From a virus: a stretch of 64,000 nucleotides of DNA. This document shows positions 57,401-64,000 of the stretch, piece by piece. Position 1 is the stretch's first letter, and every line of letters starts with the position of its first letter. The notes beneath the pieces were generated by a model that had not been told where the DNA came from, did not search any database, and worked only from the letters and a program-made list of their open reading frames with translations. The DNA is taken from IMG/VR virus record IMGVR_UViG_3300044991_001301, one strand, 5' to 3'. The translations under genes and the position numbers were made by a program.

Positions 57401-60400
57401 AACCGGTCCTGCCAAGTCAGGATATTGCTCTGAAGTGTTGTATAAAGTAAATTGTTGACCGTTAATCTGACCAGGGCTAACCGGGATAGACACATTAATA
57501 GTCATACTTCCTGTTGCGGTAGACAACTGAACAACATTTCGTTGACTGGTTAATACTGCGTTAGTAGGAAGCAAGGGGTCTACGCTAGCAGCCTGATCTG
57601 CTAATGGAAATACTGATCCGTTAACTACAGCAGATAATTGTATTGAATTATTGTTAGGAATGCTAGCAACATAATATGTTGTGCCTGAAACAATGTTGCC
57701 AAACACGGTAACATCCACTCCAAGTATTACCATTGAGTTAAAAATTACAGGATCATTTATTTTTAGAGATTGGGTATCAGTTGATATTGTAACATAGTCT
57801 GTGCTAGCAGCAGTAGCGGACACATCTAACATTGTTGGATCTTTGGACTCAGCGATAGTGAACGTTTGCTCATCGAGTACAGTTGTAACATAATATATTT
57901 CGTTTTCAACTATCCCACCAAATACGGTTCCTGTAAAGAATACCGGTAAGTTAACATAGAAGCCATTAGTGCCACCTGTCCCCACCAAGGTAACCGGAAT
58001 AGTTATAGTGTTAGTACTTGTCGTAGTCGCAGTAACCTCTAAGATGCCTGGATAATTAATCGTAAGTACTGCAAGATTAGTTACTTCGCCAACTGAACAT
58101 TCTAAACCAGCAGCACTAACTGTACCACCTGTCAGAGCAAAGATAGGTCCATCTACTGATTGTGAAATAGTGAAGTCTGTAGCATCTACTATACTATTAA
58201 CATAATACACTGTATCGTTTACCAATCCACCTAACACAGCACCTTTGAATACAATTGGCATATTAACATAGAAACCAATAGTAGAACCCGACGCATTTGG
58301 ATTATTAGAGCCATCATCAAGAGGTGTTAACCGAATAGCGTGATTTAACGCAATTATTTCAGCAACTTGGCGTATCAGTGAAGAATACGAAACTGTTTGC
58401 TCATTCCGAACATCGACAATTTCAAAGCCTACCCCTTGGGCACTGGACAGAATAGTGCTAATAGCCGGTTGTGTACTTTGTAATTGTATAGAAGAACTGG
58501 CTACTGATTGTGGGTCATTGTACGCACCTGCGAATCCGGCAAAGTATGAACCATAATATAGGTCCATCTCCCAATCAGTTACTTGTGAATTGTATGTAGT
58601 TCTGTCAAATCGTAACGCAATATTATTTTCTCTGATAGGGGCCGCACTGGATATGCAAGATGCTTTAGCTCCTACACTTAGTGCGTGAGTAGTTCCTGTA
58701 CCAGTCGAGAATAATACAATTCTATTTTGATCCTGGAGAGCATCTCTGTAATTGGAATACAACGCTACGGTAACAGTAGGTACTGTCTCTAATACATTAA
58801 CATAATACCATTGATTATTTGTCAATCCACCAATCGCAGTGCTACCAATTCCAACAGTATACTTGATCAAGTCTCCGGTTTGTAGCAACGGGGCGTACAA
58901 TTGAATGGTATTATAGCTTGGACTGACTGCTGTACTAGCAAACTCACTTGATATAGCAGAATCAATTATAATCTGAGGTAATACTGCATATCCTTGACCC
59001 GGGTCAATTACGGTTATACTTAATACGGAATCTAATGTCATTACTGCTTCTAATACCGCAGGCTGTGATGGTGCTGGGTAAATTGTCGTATCAATATAAG
59101 CTATTACACGCGGTGGCTCAGAATAGCCTCTTCCGCCATCTAATAACAACACTGCTGGTAAATCAATGTATATTAACTCTCCTGGAATGTGATTGGTGAT
59201 AGGTGTATTGCTAACCCCACGAGTTAGGCCGCTGACCACATTGACTGATCTGTCAACCGTTGCATAAGCGATAAGTTCATTTCCAATTTTAAATACCCCA
59301 TTAATAGGTATTCCCTGAGCGTTTGATATAGCGAATGCTGTTGTATTCAACGCAATATAGGTGTCCAATATAGCTATCTGAACATTGTCTTGTCCAGTAA
59401 TGCTTACCCCATAATTATTATACCAAGAAATATAACTTGGATCAGACCAAATCGGACTACTAGGTAAAAACTGTGATACTAAGCTAGGGTTAGAGTATAC
59501 CAACTCAGGGGTGATGAATTGTTGAACTGATGAATCAAAAATTGCAGGCAAATCAAAATCAGTGATATCTCCGGCATAGACATCAGCACCGGTGTATTTA
59601 AATAAGAACTCTTTAATTACCACGTGGTAAGGTTTTACTTCATTTAAATATCCTGCCAAAAAGTCTTGGTTATCTGATTGATATATACTGATAGGACGCA
59701 ATTCACGAATGGTGTGTGACACATCAATGAATGAGGTTTTATTCAACCAAGGCAAATAGTTTTGTGAATCAATAGTCTCGCTTTGGATATACTCAAACAT
59801 CAATATTAGACTCTTATTTCTAAAGACTAGTAAATCGTTTATATAAATTTGTTCGTTCAATCCTCGTAAGATATTTCTAGTCTCTTCACTCGGATATGCA
59901 TCATATGGATTGGTATCATAGAAGTTATCTCCAAATCCTATCCGTGCAGTGGCATAATCCCACAAATCAGATTTAAATTTAATAGTACCGTTCGTTAATC
60001 CAATGCGAGTCCAAGTCCCATCAGTATTGTAAATATAAGTCTCTGCATTACCAGTACTGTTTGCAGCGACGGTAACAATAGTATTAACAGCTACTGATAG
60101 CGTGAGTAGATTGGCATAGAGTGGCACTTGCAGTGCAGACTTAGTGTTATCATTGTAACCAATTGCCCACCAATTTGCATATTCCCAATAATCAGCAGTG
60201 ACAAAGAATGGAGTACCGGTTGATGGGTTTATTGGACCCTCAGTAAATAAGAAAGAATATTGTCTTGTTTCAGTAATTGGAAACTGTGCTAAAATAGTGT
60301 TAGCATATGTTAGATAATTTTTAAGCGCAAGAAATCTATTGATAAAGAAGCTTTGTCTTGGTCGAGCTAGCACTCCATTTTGAACTGCTTTGGGTAGATA

Positions 60401-63400
60401 TGGATTGGGTACAACTGCTCCAAATTCATCTACTCCACACAATCCATCTAGCAATCGGTCGTATAATGATTCAGGAATTAATGTTCCACCTATGCCCGGG
60501 AATCCCGGTAAGAAATCATCAGCGTAGTTGGCTCTAATTAAACTATATTGACTGTGTGCTACATCATCATTCGTGCCGGTGCTAAATCCCATTTGAAGAA
60601 CACTGTCATTTGCGTTAATATAGGCCGCAGAGTTATACAATCCAAATGCGCTAGGCAACAATGGTGCAAACCAACTTATGCCTGAATTTCTAGGCTGAGC
60701 AATATATGATTCAACAACTGAATCTGCTAAGGTCTTTCCAGTCTTCTCAAAAATGATATTGGTATTTCTCACCCAATAATAATATATCGGTGATAATGTA
60801 CCACTAGCTGTCTCTACATACTGTATAGCATATGAATCTACATTAAACACAGTACCAGGGCCATTATAATTTACCGGTAGATTTGGGCTTGCAATCCAAC
60901 TATACACCGTGACATTACTCCCCGGGAAGACTGCGCCCCAGTATCTACTATTGTAGGTTACATCATTTTGGTGATAATTTACAAATCGCGTTGTTGATGT
61001 GTTAAACCACAGTTGACCAACGTGCTCAGCTCCCCAGATTATCCCTCTACGAACCGTAGTGTTATTGTAATGAGCCGGATCTGAGTTTGATATGACATCA
61101 ATATTTTCGCGGGCCGCACCTAATATTTTCCCTTGAAGCGGATCAATGAAATCTAAATTAATTAGCGTGTTGTTAGTTTCTGCGCTAAACAACTGTATGT
61201 TTTGAATTCGGTTGATGTCAACTACTGCTGCTGAGCTTCTATATACAGACCAATCAGTGATTCCTGAACTATTAGTGTACAATGTTACTAGCCCATTGTC
61301 ATAACCAGGTCTAAATGCAGGGGTACCAACAATAACGTGATAGTTGTTGAAATCCATTGCTTGACCATACATTGGCTGAGCACCGTACTCTAGATTTACG
61401 TCATTCACACTTTGCGAATATACAAACTTACCAGTGTTGTCTAGATTTTCACCAAACACCGCTAGATAGTCAAACATATACGCCGCACCTGCATTAACAA
61501 ACTGGTCTATCCATTGCGTTGCGTTATTATCAAACACCGTGTCATTGTCTAAATTTTCATCATCAGTGAAATCAAAGGTCGTAGCCGCATATCTAGTACC
61601 AGTCGGGGCACTAGCTACGAAGGAATCAAATTCATTGAATTTAACTACTGTACCAAATTGTGTAGGTCCAGTAATGTGTGGGCAGTTGATAGTTTGTGTC
61701 TGAGTATAAATTGAAATACCTAACTCAGTTAATGTGGTAGTATCCACCACAGCTATCAATAGCTTTTCATTTGGGATAGCTAAATCATAATTTATTAATG
61801 ATATAATCAGTTTACCATTGCTAGCAGTTGCCACAATGTTTGGTATACCTGCTTGAGAAATAGAATTAGCAGCAACTGTCGCATTTCCGATCGGAATATA
61901 TACAGCAAAATTATTAATTAACAGTGTTCTGGTAGAGGTAACATTGGTGTCAGTAGTACCGATTACCATTCCATATTTTCCACCACCATTGGTATAGCGA
62001 TACACAGCGCCTTCTTCTGTCTGCGTAGTCAATTCGAACGGTGCGCCAATGATAACTTCAGATGCGTGGGTGGTAGTATCTACGCTATTTCCAAAATGAA
62101 CTCCGACTTTTGGTGTTACCTCTGAAGTTAGAGTTTGAACTAATGTAAACTGATCTCCGCTTATAGTAACAATATCGCCGGCTGACAATGTGCTAGGATA
62201 TACTAATGTATTACCTATCACTCCATAATTACTGTTGTCTACTAATGTACCATTAACTGATACATAGATAGGAGTAGACTGGACGTTAGCTATCATCCCG
62301 CTCCCACTACTAGTGCCTAAAGCTAACGGGATTATAGCATCTACCGAAGTTTTAATACGGAACTCAGTTGCACTAACAACACTTTCAATAAAATAGATTG
62401 TGCTTGGAGAAATGTTGCTGCTAGCATACACAGTTCCGGAGAATAGTACCGGCATGTCAACTACAAATCCACTAGTGCTAGTGCAAGTTATGACATCTGT
62501 TGTCGCATCTGTTGCGCTAACATCAGTAACTGTGGTGCTAGGTGTCCATACCAATTGAAATATTTGTGCAACATCAGGAATACTATTCTGCGATGTTTCT
62601 ATATTCTGCACCGCCCTAGAAAACACATATGTATATCCCCAATTATCAATTGTAGGGCTATAGTCTTGGTTAGGGGTACCTATGATAACAGTATCACCGT
62701 AATAATCAGTTGCAATAGAGTAACCAAAATTATCACCCGCGACTAGCCCACTTGTTGTGATGGTAGTTGACAATTCATACTCATCCGTTGTCTGTGATTT
62801 TCTGTATACATAGACTAAGTTAGGTGTCGAAGGATTATCATAGTCAGATATGTATACCCAATTTGTATCACCTGACACAGCTATAGCCTTACCCCAGTTG
62901 ATTGAACTTGCAGGGGCAGCAATAGCAGTTTGGAACAAGGTTAAATCATCATTAGTGAGTGTTGAGCTTAACTGATAGGCATATACTTTAGGAGCCGCGC
63001 TGCTTGGTTCCGATATGAAGAACATATCACCGGCATATGCGATTGTTGCTCCAAATGAAGTATCGTGCGTGATTGTTTGAATCAATTGGTAGTCGTTAGC
63101 CAAATCGTTAAAGGTGTATCTATAGACTTCACCTGCTTGAGCATCGCCAACCAAATATCCTAGTGTTGAAGTGTATGCTACCGCACTACCAAAGGTCACG
63201 CCTGTTGGGCGAATGGTTTCAGTATCGTACTGGTAATTAATACTCTTTCTATATACAGCCCAATCACCATCAGTGTTCGTATCTACCCATACTGTATTTT
63301 TTGTGAACTCTGCGCTTAAGAGTGGGAGTGTGGCGATGTCGGCTGGGGTAGCTACACGCTGAGATTGGAACAACAGTCCAATACCTTGCCCAGTGATGTT

Positions 63401-64000
63401 TCTAGTATTTGCATCAAGAGTTAGATTTACTAATACTCGCTGTGGATCAACAATTAGTGATGCTAAGAAATATCCATTAACTGCTGGATTGAAGTTTACG
63501 ATTGCGAATGGTTGATATTGAACTAAGTTATGCGCCTGATTGAATGTTATTGTAGCAGTACCATTCAAATTATTCTTTACATAAATTACTTGACCAATAG
63601 AAGCAGGTGTGTATACTTGCCATTGTTCGAGATAATTTGCTAACCAAAGATAATCTCGAACATAAAAATCTTGTATAGGCACAACCTTACCGTTTTTATC
63701 AACTGCGCTAGCTAACTGCGAGTAATAAAAAGCTGACATTTTTACATCATTAAAATTGACATAGCCTGCATCGGGCAATAAAGTTGGTGGCAATGCTGAT
63801 GAAATCTGTGGTAAAACATTTGGATCAAAGACTGGTCTACCATAGTTATACAGTGAGTACAGTGGTACTTCTTGTTGCACACCATCCGTGTATACACCAT
63901 TAGTTAATCCCACAATTGAGGGATTACCGGTCATATAGTTTTCATTAATCTTAAACTCTACGAAATTGCTGTTGAGAACCCCGCCAAACTCGCCAGATTT
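51425..64000 (-). CDS. Giant virion structural protein (baseplate wedge/tail-associated, >4190 aa; 5' end outside the window)
   Basis: The frame stays open from 63934 to 64000 (KSGEFGGVLNSNFVEFKINENY-M). It contains FG-GAP-like repeats (FGSAVA, FGYSIA, FGNSV), BNR-like repeats (TSxDGxxW), YLNEVKPYH and about 14 TYYV-type beta modules. Confidence 0.8.
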   Translation of the reverse strand, partial: KSGEFGGVLNSNFVEFKINENYMTGNPSIVGLTNGVYTDGVQQEVPLYSLYNYGRPVFDPNVLPQISSALPPTLLPDAGYVNFNDVKMSAFYYSQLASAVDKNGKVVPIQDFYVRDYLWLANYLEQWQVYTPASIGQVIYVKNNLNGTATITFNQAHNLVQYQPFAIVNFNPAVNGYFLASLIVDPQRVLVNLTLDANTRNITGQGIGLLFQSQRVATPADIATLPLLSAEFTKNTVWVDTNTDGDWAVYRKSINYQYDTETIRPTGVTFGSAVAYTSTLGYLVGDAQAGEVYRYTFNDLANDYQLIQTITHDTSFGATIAYAGDMFFISEPSSAAPKVYAYQLSSTLTNDDLTLFQTAIAAPASSINWGKAIAVSGDTNWVYISDYDNPSTPNLVYVYRKSQTTDEYELSTTITTSGLVAGDNFGYSIATDYYGDTVIIGTPNQDYSPTIDNWGYTYVFSRAVQNIETSQNSIPDVAQIFQLVWTPSTTVTDVSATDATTDVITCTSTSGFVVDMPVLFSGTVYASSNISPSTIYFIESVVSATEFRIKTSVDAIIPLALGTSSGSGMIANVQSTPIYVSVNGTLVDNSNYGVIGNTLVYPSTLSAGDIVTISGDQFTLVQTLTSEVTPKVGVHFGNSVDTTTHASEVIIGAPFELTTQTEEGAVYRYTNGGGKYGMVIGTTDTNVTSTRTLLINNFAVYIPIGNATVAANSISQAGIPNIVATASNGKLIISLINYDLAIPNEKLLIAVVDTTTLTELGISIYTQTQTINCPHITGPTQFGTVVKFNEFDSFVASAPTGTRYAATTFDFTDDENLDNDTVFDNNATQWIDQFVNAGAAYMFDYLAVFGENLDNTGKFVYSQSVNDVNLEYGAQPMYGQAMDFNNYHVIVGTPAFRPGYDNGLVTLYTNSSGITDWSVYRSSAAVVDINRIQNIQLFSAETNNTLINLDFIDPLQGKILGAARENIDVISNSDPAHYNNTTVRRGIIWGAEHVGQLWFNTSTTRFVNYHQNDVTYNSRYWGAVFPGSNVTVYSWIASPNLPVNYNGPGTVFNVDSYAIQYVETASGTLSPIYYYWVRNTNIIFEKTGKTLADSVVESYIAQPRNSGISWFAPLLPSAFGLYNSAAYINANDSVLQMGFSTGTNDDVAHSQYSLIRANYADDFLPGFPGIGGTLIPESLYDRLLDGLCGVDEFGAVVPNPYLPKAVQNGVLARPRQSFFINRFLALKNYLTYANTILAQFPITETRQYSFLFTEGPINPSTGTPFFVTADYWEYANWWAIGYNDNTKSALQVPLYANLLTLSVAVNTIVTVAANSTGNAETYIYNTDGTWTRIGLTNGTIKFKSDLWDYATARIGFGDNFYDTNPYDAYPSEETRNILRGLNEQIYINDLLVFRNKSLILMFEYIQSETIDSQNYLPWLNKTSFIDVSHTIRELRPISIYQSDNQDFLAGYLNEVKPYHVVIKEFLFKYTGADVYAGDITDFDLPAIFDSSVQQFITPELVYSNPSLVSQFLPSSPIWSDPSYISWYNNYGVSITGQDNVQIAILDTYIALNTTAFAISNAQGIPINGVFKIGNELIAYATVDRSVNVVSGLTRGVSNTPITNHIPGELIYIDLPAVLLLDGGRGYSEPPRVIAYIDTTIYPAPSQPAVLEAVMTLDSVLSITVIDPGQGYAVLPQIIIDSAISSEFASTAVSPSYNTIQLYAPLLQTGDLIKYTVGIGSTAIGGLTNNQWYYVNVLETVPTVTVALYSNYRDALQDQNRIVLFSTGTGTTHALSVGAKASCISSAAPIRENNIALRFDRTTYNSQVTDWEMDLYYGSYFAGFAGAYNDPQSVASSSIQLQSTQPAISTILSSAQGVGFEIVDVRNEQTVSYSSLIRQVAEIIALNHAIRLTPLDDGSNNPNASGSTIGFYVNMPIVFKGAVLGGLVNDTVYYVNSIVDATDFTISQSVDGPIFALTGGTVSAAGLECSVGEVTNLAVLTINYPGILEVTATTTSTNTITIPVTLVGTGGTNGFYVNLPVFFTGTVFGGIVENEIYYVTTVLDEQTFTIAESKDPTMLDVSATAASTDYVTISTDTQSLKINDPVIFNSMVILGVDVTVFGNIVSGTTYYVASIPNNNSIQLSAVVNGSVFPLADQAASVDPLLPTNAVLTSQRNVVQLSTATGSMTINVSIPVSPGQINGQQFTLYNTSEQYPDLAGPVSSLVTREIQSTIDTVDRVAISSYSGGLTNIYDNFPLQVETNIGGLVTGTTYYVVDSGYIEVDVTSTSPSIASAVITGDILSGAPVSLLTVTGVTSGAVVPGCSLAGGTVIPGTKVVSQIAGTPGGVGSYFVTNSQNVISSTLTCSLSAVTCDTTDSLYIGMPIIFSGVPLGTIDLNVEYYVRHIVNGTQFVLTNTPGGAITTLTVDNGVMTGTGSPYIQVSTSLGGSVEVLTTETAVVNLVQYPLTPPLFSVSYRMGGYQAIITDSGTGYAIDNTILISGSSVGGTTPNNDLTLTVVAIGTSGEITSVIRSGTVPGISDSYYLRVISSTELAVFSNPLMTVPVSGIDFPYIGIISTTVTGTTSGSNSITVNSVSEFAVNDAVVFTGSVAGGLILGQIYYVLTVSPLTVGTVPNDVGSVEVLSTTLLQDFTMAKYGSYAVLPEPFYFNQSIVRYNNRVYSCLISNHDSEFIFGKWQLLDSGDRRLNALDRVIGYYQPTANMPGYDLTQLVSGIQYPNSTYKGNAFAPDEQFQIDTILQDQPFYPTEVDMKAIIWTGTSYFSPAETSTYSGVVSGSDGENWVIDKLANSVLSLTGIIYVNGIYLITTTNIATPILRSTNAITWTAGGRYIPTALLPNESVTLSSSGMALNSVGYRDGVYIVAGSSIASSVDASIWTNRFTFTNGLVNTLYGVKGVSTNSYYGFVAIGKGQIPDYSTGLTETIDVNLVLTSLDGISWSQSPAYSFNGFYSITDNGNIMVAVGENGVIYTSQTGIVWLGVNEVAVVSVNSDTNNINVSNTDGFLVNDEIRFSNSFNVISSSVTYYVVNIITQSQLQISTSLGGLPITLNDVNPSTTTYMYLYPSTSDLNDVLFDNSIFMAVGNDGLIRTSVDGYVWVTQVSGTLENLNSLVYNATAATWTVVGDNNTIILSSDNGVTWTSSSIFVVVPTVYDVQGDPFQAGYGPEELVAGIISDNITLTVATRPGTNWPETVYQHVGYNVLSIEIQPTSATQTDYSFDLVAQTPAQLAVFVIDGITGTSTSIYEPDYSIDWITNVITLAIPLSFTPITDTLRIDVYETGNGNQLVKANTKTDPIRVNLTTGWNEIYVNCNYSATIFSGSGVIRPGTAPIAVEAIKTTAIENTITCVGVKDFVLNDPITFQGTTFGNILEDTTYYVKTISTVTSSITVSSSYNFTSGTAGPTFVVTTAVGSMYVVIAVGSGAPWAEPLMYHNGVKLLHGLTGTVTRTKATNNAVTCNTTGGLVVGTVVVFSDTMFGGIIIPQTTYVIYSIVDANEFTLEDPANPGNVLVLTTATGGAEFISNDYSFGIAENGVSAKIMLAASYNNTVDYLTYTLFGETTPTQYGYTIPETELFTGDGTTDTFVLANYVADDNPTNAIVEVNGLRQSDTEYIIDNSLNEIVFTTAPLLNDVIAVTSYNLTDRQYLNTQYGITGVTVSDITSISNVITPPISITNITATTAGTNLITCNSTSGFVADQTVEFKGTSFDASINSAGTVYFVLSGFTSTEFQISTTLGGSAVVLVGGTGLLVAYVGGQPAVRVTTGMVNNLSENDIVRIDGVVGSTQLNNNTYYVHVINDVQFDLYEQPYDPAYSAVNYPITSVSSYTSGGYVWLSNSFEIIDTTASDTASLHNKIVVPSTALLVVDTPVIFTAPGSIIGDITLGGIVVGTTYYIIEITSVTEFVISEERNGTPFILTSDSGTMYVTQWEQTNVNRLWVTVNGYRIPSSSLRLNPANEIGILTVVDAADEVIITSMMPSATPNEEVYLLNVNQQNSAAVYRANTLTRTWLVQPLFNTDTVIYVDDITRLTDTVTQIATAPAVVANLMSIGLTADKRIISNVSVYNNTTSAEINSSNYKIVIEELSPILQITSGSWIAPGDQLTITIIEGNLIYVNGEQIKFSSVDTVNNTLSGLQRGANGTGEQVYVPLYSEIFSILSSNRMTDVQYNQTWNSYTFNLVDGDPLQISTTASAIFLNQDQS

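Overview
This 64 kb window looks like part of a large, AT-rich, T4-like (myovirus-type) bacteriophage genome. Almost all genes lie on the minus strand and many are preceded by T4-type late promoters (xTAAATA). The left end carries a truncated tail-fibre gene, small head proteins with T4-like capsid-targeting leaders, a baseplate-type protein and a spanin pair. Next come a radical SAM/DegT/epimerase mini-cluster, thyA and DHFR, a MoxR-VWA pair under a consensus sigma70 promoter, and a Betaproteobacteria-style porin. A circularly permuted (two-piece) tmRNA follows, and its tag (ANDNTYLLASNG) lacks the usual C-terminal LAA degron. Beside it are a homing-endonuclease remnant, an M48 metalloprotease with a capsid-targeting leader followed by a Tat signal, and a second orphan tRNA/tmRNA-like 3' end. 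The middle (about 17.7-48.4 kb) is a roughly 31 kb sugar-modification island. It holds a 2227-aa protein with about 22 tandem 67-aa repeats, a carbamoyltransferase with a microprotein, three SGNH-like proteins, a B12 radical SAM, a UDP-glucose dehydrogenase fused to a GT10-like domain, three more GT10-like proteins, an oppositely oriented epimerase/C-methyltransferase cassette, five tandem radical SAM enzymes and three GT-A-like proteins. The island abuts tail/baseplate genes, including a giant structural protein of more than 4190 aa that runs off the right edge. All family assignments come from motifs read by eye, not from database searches.
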